A stretch of 57,387 nucleotides of DNA, the filler included, from Dimargaris cristalligena (taxonomy: Eukaryota), in NCBI GenBank assembly GCA_003614675.1. It is 4 parts of 4 records of this genome, joined end to end, with 100 filler letters (N's around TTAATTAATTAA, not from the genome) between each part and the next. Parts side by side here need not be neighbours in the genome. Positions count along the whole stretch, not along the records: positions 43,161 to 57,387 come from ML002958.1; 3 more parts are not named here. One strand, given 5' to 3'. The notes under the pieces were generated by a model. That model was not told the DNA's origin. It saw nothing but the letters and a program-made list of their open reading frames with translations, and ran no database searches. The position numbers and the translations under genes are program-made. Below are positions 43,500-57,387 of the stretch, piece by piece. Position 1 is the stretch's first letter. Every line of letters begins with the position of its first letter.

Positions 43500-46400
43500 A
43501 TTGAACGTTGGGGGTATGTGTGTGGGGGAAGGGGGTTATGAATTAAGATGGTACGACTCGCGTCGGGATGTTCTCTAATATCAGGTTCGGTACGATAAAA
43601 ATCGGGAGTACAATGGTGAAACAGAAGTCAAAAATAGCTAGCTACAAGTGACTAAATGTTATAATATTAGTGGGGCCAAATTAAGGGTAAATGGGTGCAA
43701 AATTGAGTGAGGTGAAGAACGTTAATTAACGTAGTAGCTATTTGAGACAAGTATGGCAAACCAGGCCGACACAATAGTACTCAAGAAGAATACTGCGAAA
43801 AATTAGGTAAAAATAGGGGGTGAAAGAAGGTAAGCACCAACAGCGAACCAAAATATAATGTATTAATGGAGTATTAGAGTTAAGCAACAACTGGGATAGG
43901 GATGTGCGAAGCAGCTGAACTTTATACCTAGCGGAGGTCCAATCTTTCAAATTCTACCCACCCCCCCTCATCACCGCCGACCTATTCCTACACTTAGCTT
44001 CACCATCAATAATCACGCTAACGAATGAAAAGGAAGACCAACGTGGGGGGGGGGAGATCCTCCATCCCGTCCCCTCCTCTATCGCCCACCTTAGCCTCTC
44101 TCAACCTGGCTTGTGACCAACAACATACTTCAAAAAACTATAATGGATTGAACGGATCGAATGGGGGGAATATCATACTATGGGTGCTGCTCATTGGCGC
44201 TGCTTATAAGAAAGGAACTCTTAAGGGCGATCCCCACTGATAATTTGCCAAATGGTGAGAGTGGGAAAAGGTACCAACGACTGTTGGTGGGCAACGACCG
44301 GGGATTCAAGCGGGAAACATGGAAGAGTGGAAGCAATCGCAGAGACCGCCGATGTTAGTGAGGAGAGAGACCTGGGAACCCGAAACATAAACTAATCGAT
44401 ACGAGGCATAAACCCTAACATAACAGTATCTCCAATATGATCACACTAAAATCGCAGTAGTGTATGTGAGAATAGACTAGCCACATATAGAGGTTGCCGC
44501 TCAGGGCCACCACCCCCACCGCCATAAAGTTCATTCTAATCACAAGTTTCCACACACCCAAAGACTACTCACTGTTCGAGCCTCCTTCCCCCCAATTAAA
44601 AAATCCCCAGGTTGTCCAAACACGGCGGATGAACAGTGTGCACCAACTAACCCGGTGGTGGCCGCTTACGGACATGTTTGGGCCTAGTAATCTGCTGGTA
44701 AAGCAATGGCCAATATCCTTGCGGCTCCGAGTCCCATCTCCCAGACAATCATCAACACAAGCAGCCAATCAATACCTCTTTGTGGATAATTCACGCTGAT
44801 CGTCGCCGTAACGGATGGATAGTGGGAAAGGCCAAACAGCGGCCGATCCCACCGCAGGCTTGTTGTTCATTCTCACCAGATGGCTGAATACCAGTGCCAC
44901 TTGAGTGGTGCCTGGACCGATTGAAAGCCCTCCTCCCCTTCACTGGAAGGAACACCAATTTTTCTTGAAATGGGTTGGCAATGAGGTGATGATACTCATT
45001 TGATACATCATCCACCATGTTCACCCTACTTGGTCGATTTTATCAGCCTGGATAAAGAAATTGGCCAGCTAACCCTTAATAATTACATCATCGCTGGGCG
45101 TCAAAGTTCGGGTTTGTTTAGGGGGTGGTCGATGATTAATAAAGGCTGGTTGTATCAACTGGAGCATACCGCAATAGCCGCTGTCAACCACTATACTAAA
45201 TAGAAACGATCCTTCGCACATACCTGTCCATCGACAAACCCCCTTATATAAACCCACCGGATAAATCATCACGAGTCAGTAATCAATTGCTTCTACTCAT
45301 CGGTGGCTACCACTGAGGGCTACGGCTATCAGGATGATGAATTAGCAACGGATAAATGATACATGCTTCCCGGCCCTTGCTACGCATTTTGGCACTCAGT
45401 ATTCTATTATTTCGCAGAGATACTCAACAATGGTATGCTCAGTTGTTTGACCAACCTGTCAAGCAGGATGCCAGTATAACATATCGTGTATATTGATGCT
45501 GTCTAGAATGTTTTTTTTTATCCAATGCCATGGGTAGCAGCAGTGTTTTAAATAAACGCGCGGTTTAACCTGGGCTACATTGGGTGAGAGTTAGCGCCAG
45601 TTTATGAAAGTGAGTGTAAACTATTAGCGGCTGGTTTAGTCCATGTGGAAAAAAACCGGGTAAGGCGAGAAATAAGGCCAATAGTCGCAAACTCTGCCCT
45701 TTAGTCAAGTCAAGCGAATTATATCATCTTCTTTGCTATCCGAATATTAGAATGTCAGGTACCTTTATTAGTTGTGGTTGGGATGAGTGAAAATCATCTT
45801 GGATTTGTGTTTCTCGAATGCCGCTCCTCAAAGCCCAACATGGTAACTGATTATCATGCTTCAAAACAACAGCAATAAATATATGAAGTAAAGCCAACAG
45901 GTCTAGTTTTCGTTTGCGAGGGAATCCCTTTTTCGATTCACGATATTTTTATATAATTCCTTCGCCATGACTCATGCCCTTTGCTTTTGGGTCACCTTCA
46001 TCACCGCTCCCCCATCAGCGTTCCGCTACCGTTGGATGATCATTTATAGCCAAACAGCAATCTAAAGTATCTACTGTCGTGTCCATTTTGGTGATTCATG
46101 TTGGTGAAGGAAATGGGTAATTTTCTTGCTTAATAAAATAAATGAAAATACAAGATTATCCAGGCCTAGGAGGCTAATGCCGATTTTGGTGCTTGAGCTA
46201 CCGTGAAGTCCATTCACGAACTTAAGGAAATCCTCGTCTGAACGTCATTATCCTAACCCAGTTGAGGTGCACCATTATCGAACGATAGAGGGCGATGTAT
46301 CATTTATGAATAAGGCCCATATAGTGCTCTATTCCCTCCTCGTATCCGATCATGGGTTCGCTGTCGAAATTTATTCCGACAAGGTGGCAGGATGTAGACC

Positions 46401-49400
46401 GGTGTGAAGAGATGTTGCCTTCAATCGTCCCATAGTCGTGGCTCCACGGTACTGTGATCGTGGGGAAACACCGTGGTAATCATGTATAATGCGTAATAAC
46501 GAGAAAGAGAGAGAGTGTATGTGTGGGTGCAACTAACCTGTATTTGAAATGTCTATGTGTGAATGAGGGCGGTGTTTGCATCCATATGAGGCCTAGGCTA
46601 TATTAATTCTATGATGGCCAGTGTGCTCTCCGTTATCACTGATGTTAATAGCCCACATCACCTTGCAAATGCCTAATGGCTGGGATAGTCCTATTCGGAA
46701 CCACATACTTTTACTTCACTTATAAAAAGCAATTTTTCTGTGGCTGTAAATTACAGCAGGAATGGTCGGATGATTTGGTCCCCCAAGCGTGTCGACAAGG
46801 GTAAAAATAAGAGAGCTAATGGCAAAACGAAGCAGATTTCCGGAAAAGCAATAGTTGTAATTTCGGTCATGAGACCTTTTTATCACCCACCTGGCCTCTA
46901 GTAGTTGTTTTTTCAATCTCATGAGGAGTGGAGGGAGGTCAGTATTATCAGTTATGTTGGAAGCAAGTCTTACTAACAGTTGGCTGGTGAACAAAAGAGG
47001 CGCGCGGAAAATTCAATACACTCAATAAAGTTGGTTGGGGCGCCAACGAGCCCCTACGATAATTTCCGAGCGAACTGTGTTCATTCAATCCCAGTTGATG
47101 GTAAAGGGACAGTCAACGTTATTTAGCTAGTATGGGGTGTTTTTTTATATATAATATATATGAAGCCTCACCAAGGGGTAATTATTTATCCAAACATGCG
47201 TAATAACTCGAGTACCACCCTGGCAACGTTGATTACACTCTACGGCGATGTCAATGACACAAGGGGGGATATCCTACCATAATAGGGTTAGTTTGGTAAG
47301 TCTAGAGACAACGCAGGACTAAAGGTCAGGGATAAAAGAACTACCCCAACCACCCCTGTTGGCCACTAATTCCGTGAAAATCCTTCAACATGATTCCCTG
47401 GGCGAAAGGGGCCTGTTATTTGAGAGAATGCCCATTTTTACCCCAGATGGGGCACTCCTGTTACGTTTGGTCGTGGTGGACTAGTATTTAGGGGAGCCGA
47501 GTAGGGCGTAGGGTTTTTTAAGATATATATAGTTATTTTATTAGAACATAAAGAACCCACGTTATAGCGAGCTAATCCCTATTTTATACTCTGGGCACAT
47601 TAGTATTGATGGTAAGTCTTGTAACTGTTCGCTCTCCGCTTGGCGGTGCGCTCTCACTGAGGGAGTCAGGTGACCACTCTAGTTCGGGGGGACCGATTCC
47701 CTCTGATGGTGGCACTCCCCCTTGAATGTTGTTGTTTTGACCCGGAAACCTCATGGGTAAGCTAAATCTTCTACCAGTAAGCTACACGGCACCCATAAAC
47801 ATAGGAGATACATACATTACAATTTTCTACAACGTGGGTTATGGAGTTGCTATCGGTATCCTTACTAAATACCAAGCAAGACTAATCTGTTTGGGTACTT
47901 TAAGTTACTACTAGAAACCCGGCGAACCGTTTATTTCGTAAACTCTTCCTTGGGATTATAGCTGTATACTCCAAGTAGAAGTATTAGGGTGTTAGGGTTA
48001 GTGGCTAAAAATAATATGTGTGTGCCAGTCCCACCAGTTTAAGGCACTGTTTCTATGAAACAGTATGGCGTATATTGTATGGCATTTCTAAAAATACAAT
48101 TTGAGTTAAAGAAACAAGGAGGTATCTCAGAAAGACAGATAGTGCGAGTAATTGATTTTAGCGAAAAATTAATTAGTTTGGCTGCATTCTAAGCTATACC
48201 CAGCGAGTGCCTACTCCAAGGGGCGGGTCGCTGCCAGCTAGAAGATAGGGGGGACATTTGCGCCGACGTTACTGTATTTATCTTCTCTGTAAACTGATGT
48301 ATATTCCGGGCGAATTGCTTTGGTTTCCGCCTAGCGACTTGCCATCATTAAATGGGCAAGACCCCCTTCACTTCTTGGAAAGGGCTAGGCTTTCTCGCCG
48401 CTTTTTAGCAGTGACATGCACATTCCGCCAACGTTGGGCATTAAAGATTTTTGTCCAGCTTGACCTAGGCAGTATTAGGCGAGTAGAATAGGGGCAAATG
48501 ACCAAAGACCAAGGTAGGGGAGTACCACCAAGGACAAATACCTCCAATAGAAGGGCTAATATTGCCTTTGCACCAATCGGAAAAAGAGGGTGATGGAGGA
48601 AGGGAGCATCCCAAGTGCCCCCGACCCGCACAGAGCAGGCCTTTCGTAAGGAAAGGTATTTTCGAATAATCCCAACTATATTCCGGCTCCTCCCCGTTGC
48701 GCCCGTTATTCTTCCGTCTCTTCTTTTGGGTGACGTATATCGGCGACCCTTAAACTCACTGTCCATTTTATATATATTTTTCAACCCACCCGCTTTACCG
48801 TCACCATAGCCACCATCTCCTATTCAGATACATATTTTTCGATCATATAGTGCCATTTCCTATGGACCCCCCCCAAATAAGAATAAGAATAATAATAATA
48901 GTAATAATAAAAAATATATATGTAATTACAGGCAGATGCCATGGCGAATTCTCGACATTGGAGGTGGGGGGCTCCATGTAGGCTTCGCTCCTCGCTCGTT
49001 GGGCGGGCGAGCCTCCAGGGGCCCGATCTGGGTGTTCATTGTAATAGGGACCAGATATTGCATTTCAAAGGGCGGATCAAGTGAATCTGGCGAGGGGTGA
49101 TTGGTTTCCTGTTCGCTGCCATGGTTCGCACAATAAAGAAATGGCGAGATAAAGAACGGAACATCGAAAGGGAGAATGTAGGAGATGAGAGGTGAACTGG
49201 GGGATGGAGGTTAACTGTGCACCTCCAGCTATATTTCACTCGCCCCTATTCGCAAACCCCATGCCTCTCCCCCTCCCCCGTCTCCCATTTTTTTTCGGGG
49301 GAAATTGGTGACTCCCAGAACTATTATCTGTATATAAGGTCGGTCACGTCCCAACTAGTGCACCTGTGATGTGTCAATTTACCTTCCCTGTCCACCAATT

Positions 49401-49704
49401 TTACTCTGTGTCGGTACATGCCCAGACCCATTTTCCCTTAGTGCACTCTTCATTTGTTTCACTTAATAGATCCCGAACTCCACACCCTCGCCATTTTCAC
49501 AGCGTAAGTCCCATTTTGACCCAATACTAATCGAGAGCCATCTGCAGAGACACAGTCACATAGTGCATCGGTGCTGGATAACTCTAACTAGCCCCTGACC
49601 TCAACCTCAACTTAAAGAGTAATAGCCTACATCTCATACTTACATCCACCTACCCCACCCATTCCTATATATCCTGTCATTTTCGCAAATAGCTCACCGT
49701 CACA

Positions 49705-51027
49705 ATGTTGGGCCAATTCTATTCGAACATTACCAACCGCCTTAACCGGGACAACAGCTATATTTCCATGCGCCGCACTGGTAGCAAGGGCTTCGTCCTG
49801 ATGCCTGACCACGAAGACGGCAACCAAGCCGAGATTGACAAGCTCATGGCCGAAACCATGGCCGAGCTAAACATGACGGCGACCAACCCCCGCCTCACCC
49901 GTAAGTCGAGTCTCCGCCGGTCCATTCGCAAGTCCAAGTCGCTCAAGTTCGACCAATATTACAACGCTGAGTCTGCCGAGCTCATGCAAAAAGCGGTCGA
50001 TTTGAAGAAGCCCAGCCCCCTGCTTTCGAGTAAGGCGAGCTCCGCCAAGAAACTGGGTGGTCTGAACAGCTTTCTCAACCAAAACGAAAATTACTTGGTC
50101 CCCACCGCTGGCCAATCCCCCAAGGCCGGCCGCACGGTCTTATCCGCTATGACCGTCACCACGCCCACCAACAAGCAGGTGCGCGAGCATTTGGACGCCC
50201 CCCACTCCACTCCGCCGGCCGCCCCCGGATCCCGAACCTCCATGGTCCCTGGTCGGACTGGGTCCCTTAGCCTGACCCACCCTTCCAACCCCAATGAGCT
50301 GGAAGACGAGGATGACGGTATGGCGGAGCTGAACGAGGCGGATATGGCCAAGGTTCACCTCCTACCCTCTACAACCGGCCGGTCCAAGGGCGCTCGTTCC
50401 CGGTCTATGTTTTCATCCAAAACTCCCTCGGCTGCCGCGTTGGCCGCTTCGGCTGCTCTGAACCCCCTACCTTCTACCCCCGTCCCAGGGCTTAAGGTAA
50501 CCTCCTCAACCACCACTGCTATGGGTAGTAATAACAGTAATAGCGGTGCCCCTGCTCGGAGCTGGAGGCGCCCTACCCTCAATGTCACCAACCCGTTTTA
50601 CCGGCGTCGCCCGATGGCCGGGGAATTACCCGCCAGTATCGACTTGGGAGTTGACCTGAGTGAGTGCCCGCAAGCACGGGAGGCGGCCTGCCAGGCCTAC
50701 TCCCAGGCCATGAAGCACACCTCGGATGTGGGCGTAGCCACCAAGGCTGCGGCAGCCGCGGCGACGGCCGCCCTTATCATGAGTCGTCAGGGCAACCACT
50801 CGGCCTCCGCCATGGGCGTTCCCTTGGCTACGTCGCGTTCCCAGGGTCCCCGCAACAAACCCCTGCCCAATACGCCGGCGTCCACTAGTTTGGAGAATAT
50901 CCCTAAGCGACGGGGTATCTCCACCCACCCCCACCGGGAGCTCTTCACCCATGGTAACAAGAGTACAGTGGATATCACTCAAATGTCTCGCGATTCATCC
51001 AAGAAATCGCTGCTCAACCACATCTAG
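49705..51027 (+). CDS. Hypothetical, mostly disordered Ser/Thr/Pro/Arg-rich protein (440 aa)
   Basis: ATG in CACAATG context and coding-type codon bias. TATATAA at ~49331 and probable 5'-UTR intron 49504..49692 (GTAAGT...TAG). No family motif recognised. Confidence 0.78.
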   Translation: MLGQFYSNITNRLNRDNSYISMRRTGSKGFVLMPDHEDGNQAEIDKLMAETMAELNMTATNPRLTRKSSLRRSIRKSKSLKFDQYYNAESAELMQKAVDLKKPSPLLSSKASSAKKLGGLNSFLNQNENYLVPTAGQSPKAGRTVLSAMTVTTPTNKQVREHLDAPHSTPPAAPGSRTSMVPGRTGSLSLTHPSNPNELEDEDDGMAELNEADMAKVHLLPSTTGRSKGARSRSMFSSKTPSAAALAASAALNPLPSTPVPGLKVTSSTTTAMGSNNSNSGAPARSWRRPTLNVTNPFYRRRPMAGELPASIDLGVDLSECPQAREAACQAYSQAMKHTSDVGVATKAAAAAATAALIMSRQGNHSASAMGVPLATSRSQGPRNKPLPNTPASTSLENIPKRRGISTHPHRELFTHGNKSTVDITQMSRDSSKKSLLNHI

Positions 51028-52032
51028 GCCTGTCTTACCCTTCACCGTCCGCAATAGATATCGATCTCTTTTCTACCTGTTTTCCACTCTTCACACATGT
51101 CTCCACTCCTTTGTATTCCTTACATGTATCTATATAAGTGTATCAGTGTTGTTTTATTCATATACATATTTTTTTGTCTTCTTTTAAAAAGAACTATTGT
51201 AGTATTTCTGTACACTAGTTTTCATTCGACTCTATTTGTTTAACCCCTCCTTCAGTATGTCCAACTTGTCTTATGTCCCGCCTTTTTTTATTATATATAT
51301 ATTTCTATTACACAGGGCGGACTAACGCGGCTGGCCCCGTTGACTAGCGAGCACGTCGCAGAGCGTGACTCGCCTCCATTGTTTTTTCTTGAAAAGTAGT
51401 ATATCATATTCCTTATTACTAGGTCATTGGTATGCTACTTGGTTCGCCACCATGGTGTATGTATTTAAGACCGGAATCCCTATTCCATATGAACTACAAA
51501 TAAAGTATCCCAATTTATAGCCTAGTCCTTTTTACTATATCGTCAGTCGGTGCTATGAACTCCGTATGGTTAGTAGGGCGCAAACTAAAGCCCAGTTAGC
51601 GCAGATCTGACCATCCAGTATCCCCCTGCGGAACAACCCGATCATTTCCCTGGCACTTTTAGCTATTCGACCCTTCCCAAAAGGGGGCACAGCCTGGGGA
51701 ATGAATGCAGAGATAGCAGCCACGCATAACCGATAATCGGGGGATTATATTTGGACTGTGTCGGTATAACTGGGTACACACCGCCGTTCGATGGTATTGC
51801 AGTAGCGTAAGCCCAAAAGTTCAGGACGTAGGGTTTTATCGCATGTCTGACTATTCGGATGATTCATCCGGACCCGTCGTTAATTTCGCTTCCATTTTGA
51901 CTTACCTAAGCTGTTTCCCACCGCCTATTCTTTTCTTTCCCTATCGCATGGTCCATCTCATTAGAGCGACCTTCCTCGACAAACCCGTACGCCAGCTCTA
52001 CCGCCCTGTGACAGCGTTAATTCCATTCCATC

Positions 52033-54101
52033 ATGTGGAGTACCCTTTCCGCCCTTGTGGTTCTTCTGAGCGGAGCTACTTTGACCAGTGCCCGACCTGA
52101 ATCAACCCATGCGGGAGGCCATCCGCAGCCACCCACAGAAAGCTTCTCGGAAAATCTACTCGTCAACCCACTCACGTCGGATCGAATCCTGTCGCATTTT
52201 GAATTCGTCACCGCCACACACTTGCCCTCGTCTTCTGTCGCATCCGGTAAGTAGCTGTTACTAAGCCTCACTAATGGGAGGAACCGGCGGTGTTAGCAAA
52301 TACCCGTTATTAAACTCGTGAATGAGGGGATCTTAACCAAGTACCAAACTACTTTACTTAAACTGCTGCGCTGTCCATTTATGTAGACCGCGGCCAACAC
52401 TATCGACTCTTTCCCCGGCTGATTGGTCAAATTCTACACAAATACGGCGTGGAAGAATTCCACCTCACACTGACTCAGGGCCGTTGGGACTATGATAGCT
52501 GGGGCTATCCGGTCGAACCCAGCACCGCGACCGGTCTGGAACTGTGGACCCGTTTGGTTGATTCCGCCGACGTGGAGGAACGCTGGCGGGGTTTTAACAA
52601 CGCCCTCTCAGGCCTGTTCTGTGCCTCCATCAATTTCGTGGACCAAACCATTACCTCCGAACCCTCGCTTAGCTTCCGGCCCAACGGACAAGGGATGGTC
52701 GACCCGGACTCTGCTTCTGGGTCAGCCAACCCCACTACATCGTCGTCATCGTCATCCTCGTCGACTAACCAACCACCTACTATCCTTCGCCATTCCCTGC
52801 TAGCGCGGGAATCGGTCTGTACTGAAAACCTGACCCCGTGGATTAAACTGTTGCCGTGTCAGGGTAAGGCGGGTCTTACTTCACTACTCAATACCTATCG
52901 GTTATACGATACCAACTTCCACTCCATGGGCATTCATTTGGCTCGCACAGGGGCTTGTCCCCCGATCGGCCCTTGTGGCAATCGACCCGTCGAGCTCCGG
53001 CTGTCACTGGCCCTGGTAACTGACCGGACACGTCTGACCCACCAACCCGACCGTTTGTTGAGTACTCTGTTCGATAGGCACCTTGAGGGTAGCTGCCCTC
53101 TGGCCACCCAAAGCCGTATTACCCTTTTGGTGCCCGAGGTGAATGTAGGTCCTATGCGACTCGTGTCGGAACCTAGCACCTGGGATTCGGAAAGCCTCGT
53201 GGCCGGGCGTCGGGTGGCCCGTTTTGACCTCCACCATCTCACAGCCAAGACGGAGAATCGGACCAGTCCCTTTGAGATTTACACGGCCTGGTCGGATACC
53301 CTCCAACCCACGGCGGAATCTAACGGTGCAGCTGATGTGACACCCCTAACTTTTCACCGCCAACTAACGGGACATGGCCTGGAGCGCAATGGCCTAGAGG
53401 TGACGCTCTCGAACTTCCAGTCCACCGATGTGACCGTCACTTACCTGGACACCCTGCCTTGGTACCTTAACGTCTATTTCCATACCCTGACTATTCGTTC
53501 CACCCCGCTGCCTGAACCCATTGCCCTGGGTGATTCGTCACCAAGTGTGCTTACGACCACCAAGTATTGGCCCAATGTTCCCCAGCGGCAGTTTTGGCAG
53601 CCGTCCCACGACCATGGCCGTCCATCCGTCATGGAATTGGGTCTCCAACTACCAGCCCAGTCACTGACGATCCTCACCCTAGAATTCGACAAAATGTTCC
53701 TCAAGTACACGGAATACCCCCCGGACGCTAACCGTGGTATGACCGTGGGTTCGGCTGTATTAACCGCCCAACTAGCCCCCCAGCAGTCGAACAAGACCCA
53801 CGGTCCCAGGCTTAACAGCTGTGTTTACCAGAATTTGATCCGGAGCGATAGTGGTGCCGGTGCATCGGGCCCTGGGGAGGAAACCCCAGGTACCTGCTGG
53901 ACCCGTATGTATAGCGAGCCGTTCCTGGTTAGCTTACCAACCCCGGATTTCAGTATGCCTTATAATGTGATCGCCTTTACCTGTACCGTGTTGGCATTTT
54001 TCTTCGGTTCCATGTTTAACTCTCTCATTCGTGGATATCGGATTCTAGAACCCGCCCCATCGGCTGAAGAAGATCCAAAACCCTCTGTATCAGCGGGTTG
54101 A
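52033..54101 (+). CDS. GPI16: GPI transamidase subunit Gpi16/PIG-T, join(52033..52246,52387..54101)
   Basis: Signal peptide, ESFSENL, HYRLFPR, LTLTQGRW..WG, LSGLFCASINF, ESVCTENLTPWIKLLPC.GKAGL, EYPPDANRG, LPTPDFSMPYNVI and a C-terminal TM helix. Intron 52247..52386 is GTAAGT...TAG and in phase. Confidence 0.95.
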
Positions 54102-54699
54102 TTCGTCTTTATATATTTATATTAATATACCACTTAAATGTTTGATAATGAATACCGATGACCTATGGCCAAATATCGGGGGTTAAGTATTTAATCTGGA
54201 AGGCCAGGGGATAGAGCATTGAAACCGCGTGGGTCATTGTGATAATATTGAAAATCCAACCGGTCTAGATACTGAAATCTTAATGAGGAGATGTAAAAAT
54301 AAAACCGGCTATCTGAAACCACTCCCAAGACCATGCGTTGTGAGGTTCAAATTTATTTAGAGGGTATATAATCCCAATACTAGTAAAATAACCTGAACTT
54401 GAGTGTTTTCCTATGATTAGGGATATTATTGTTAGGTCACCAGTTGTCTTTTTGTTTCCTACACTAAATTATAATACTCCAGCTCACCTCTGGATTGCCT
54501 AAATAACACGGTATACTCTGCGCCATACTAACAATACTATTACTGGCCCCAAGAAATAATGCTTCAGCGGAGCCTGAATTATTAGTAAAAGTAGAGTATG
54601 TGTATATTTGGGAGGGGCTCTTTACTGTATTACTGCGAATTCGGTTTATGAGACGAGTGTTACTGGCATAAAAATAATTACACTATGCATGCATCTACC

Positions 54700-57387
54700 C
54701 ATCGGGACACACAGCGGGGGTACGTAATACTTACCCTCGCATCAATTAATAACATTTCATCCATTTTGCGAGGCATTACAGGTGATTAAGAAATCAGTAG
54801 AACCCTACTCCCGGCTTTCCATGCTCCCGGTTGGTAGTTTCAATACTATATTATCCAAAAAATAACATTGCCGTTACGTCAAATAATAATAAAATAGCGG
54901 TACTACTCCAAGTCATTCCTTTAGTTAGACATGTGTGCATTATAGAAGAGGAAACGTAGTTAGGATGCCATCTATACACTGTATTTTCCTTTCTTACTTT
55001 AATAATTACGAATACTGCTATTTTACTGTGAATGGGATGGTGGTATATTTCCACCGCCAATGCCAGGAAATTATCTTCCAAAATGATAGGGACCACGGTA
55101 TAGGGGGGCTGACTGGATGTCCCTTTGGTAATTTTCAACCCATCACTATGAGGTATTAGTAATCAGCTACTATGATTTCCATCTTCCAGGAATTAGTGTA
55201 TATTTACATTAGTCAAGCAAGAGTCTGTATCCCACAGTCTGGTCAAGTGATGTTGGTGGATCAGAGGAAGAGGAGTATACACTGCTGACATTTTGGCCAT
55301 GGAAAGGGATATGTAAGTGTATGTTTCACTAATCTGGGGGGGGGGGGTTTGGGAATAATACAGGGACAGAAAGCGGAGCTGACTAAAAGGTACTATTGCT
55401 GACCTTGTCTGCTGAGTAATATCAAGCCAAGAAACTAGACCTATGGCTTAGTAGAGTGGCACCAAACTAGCCTTATCTATTCCTAGCCCAGGCTAAACTT
55501 TATTCCTCGGAAATTTGATAAAGGGTCAAGTTCCTTATATATTCACTAGTTGCCAAATATCCCAAATTCTAGTAAGAGACAGTATCCTATAATTTTTACA
55601 CAGACTATCCCCCCCCCTCATATCTGCCAAAAAATTATGTAATAGTATCTATTGGCCCTCCTAATCTGACTTAATCTGTACATAACAATCATCTGCCCTT
55701 ATTAGGCCCTATAGCACCATATTAACCTTCCCATGGTCACCCCCAGTACTATGGGATCATCCTTTATCATATAACCATTCCCCTTCCAGACCCCAATACT
55801 TCACACTAATCACTCAACATGCTGATCTAAAGACTCCTCCAGTTACCATGAGAGTCTTCCAGATATGAGTGGCCATCCAGTTGGCCTATTTATCTATACC
55901 TTAGTCTAGTAGTATCTTCCCCTTGGGACTGGTTAGATTTGGGAGCTTATTCTTACCCCCTAGTTTACTCTAATAAACCTCATATATACTCACCCCCTCA
56001 TACTAACCTGTAAGTGTGCCCACTGCATGTCCCTTGCATAACTAATTGCCTAGGCCTTTATTAGTTAGTACTGTACCCCATACCTAATACTAGTAGCCCA
56101 CTTGGCCGAGTCTAAAGCCCTACCTACTGTTAGAAGCCTATCCCCAGGACTCTTGATGGACTAAGAGTGGTAAACCCAGGTAACACTAGTGGAGGATGAA
56201 ACTAAATAATCCCTCAAAGGAAAGCCTCTGTACCCCCTATCATCTGTAGACCTACCTGCACCTTATGAAGGACTGTAAGGTACCATGGAAGGAATGGAAC
56301 CCCACCTGTAAAGGACCATGGATGGCCAAGCTGTCAACCCACAAAGGACCATGGAGATGCAACCCAAAGATCCCACCCCACAAAGGACTGCAGATGTGCA
56401 AGTATAAGACACTGAATCACAACAAATTGTGAGAGTGCACCACTACCACCACCATCCGGCAGTACAAATGCTCCAGTAAGATCTATGTGAACTCCCAAAG
56501 AACTTCAATACAAACTCTCACTACTTCTATGAAGACTTCCTAGTTAAATAATTACATACCTGTACACACCCACAGGAAATCTCCCCCAATCTCCCACCAG
56601 CCCCAGTACCACTGGAAGGAAGTACTGCATGTTAGAATGAATGAATATATAATGATGCAAAGCCTTAGTGTATCAAAGTGAATAAAAGTAAAGAAAGCTG
56701 CAAGAGTTGTGTGGAATACACTCCACTATGTGTTTTTTTTGTATAACTATTGACTGTGTTGAGAGTTGGGATATAATTCTCTCTATGATGGGAGAATCTC
56801 TAAGGATATAATTATAGAGGCATGAGCTGCCTTTCTAACACCCCACCCACAAGTCAGGAGCTCCCACCAGGATACCCTTGACCAAATCAATAAGGATTAC
56901 TGGCTATGGTTAACTTACCACATTTTTACCTACCTTTATTTTTTTATCTATTTTTTGCACTTATCAGAAGTATGCCCCTGATAAGTGAATGAGCCCCTGC
57001 CCCTAACAAGTATAGTCATTTTTCCTCCATTTTTTTTAGTATAGTATTTTTTCTATTAGTATATTATATACTCTTAACTATGATATACCCCTGCCCCTAA
57101 CTGGACTGTACCCCTGCATTTACACTGCCCCTGGCCCAACTGCACCCCCTATTCAAAGTATAGTTCAAAATAGCTTTTTCCCTTTCCCTTCTTCCCTTCT
57201 ATTATTTCACATTGAATCTATTAGTTACCTAAGTATTACCTATCTGTTGTGATGGCTAATATTATTATCTGGGAACTCCCCTCCCTTTCCCTCTGCTTAT
57301 TCATCCAATGTTCTAGGATATTCCCTCCCTTTCTCTATTATTTATCTATCTTTTCATTTAGGCTTCCCCTTTTGAGTATAAATACTC
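54700..57387 (-). mobile_element. CpG-depleted repeat region containing a decayed Ty3/gypsy reverse transcriptase N-terminal fragment
   Basis: ORF 54851..55138 (-) QPPYTVV...HPIHSKIAVFVIIKVRKENTVYRWHPNY resembles gypsy RT QPPYR...PSxSPWASPVVLVxKKDGxxRxCVDY. Only four CG dinucleotides counted in 55141-57387. Short direct repeats (AAAGGACCATGGA at 56310 and 56343). Boundaries uncertain. Confidence 0.5.

Noticed and set aside
56260-56400. Spaced short direct repeats resembling a CRISPR array
   Set aside because: Eukaryotic context, only 2-4 short degenerate copies, no cas genes; part of the decayed repeat region.

Overview
Eukaryotic DNA with short GT-AG introns and CTAAC/CTAAT branch points, most likely from an early-diverging fungus (Zoopagomycota-like; inferred from gene content and style, not proven). 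The window is not one locus. It is four separate contigs (14,337, 14,292, 14,231 and 14,227 nt) joined by identical 100-nt N/TTAATTAATTAA/N linkers. Contig 1 holds a tandem pair of giant acidic-repeat proteins ending in CaaX (CTIF): the second is a MINDY-1/2 deubiquitinase, the first a paralog lacking the catalytic domain. It also holds a 63-aa secreted Kex2-type prepropeptide. Contig 2 holds a CpG-depleted Ty3/gypsy relic, a small two-exon gene, an SDR oxidoreductase, a decayed class C GPCR and a 3'-truncated CAP-Gly coiled-coil protein. Contig 3 holds a clear PLK4/SAK orthologue (kinase plus cryptic polo box, with a one-base homopolymer frameshift), a tail-anchored coiled-coil protein, GTR1/RagA, a five-exon MIC26/27 gene and a truncated tRNA-His. 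Contig 4 holds a truncated secreted mucin-like protein, a hypothetical protein, GPI16/PIG-T and a second CpG-depleted retroelement relic. The most notable signals are the fungal PLK4, the MINDY pair and the secreted peptide.
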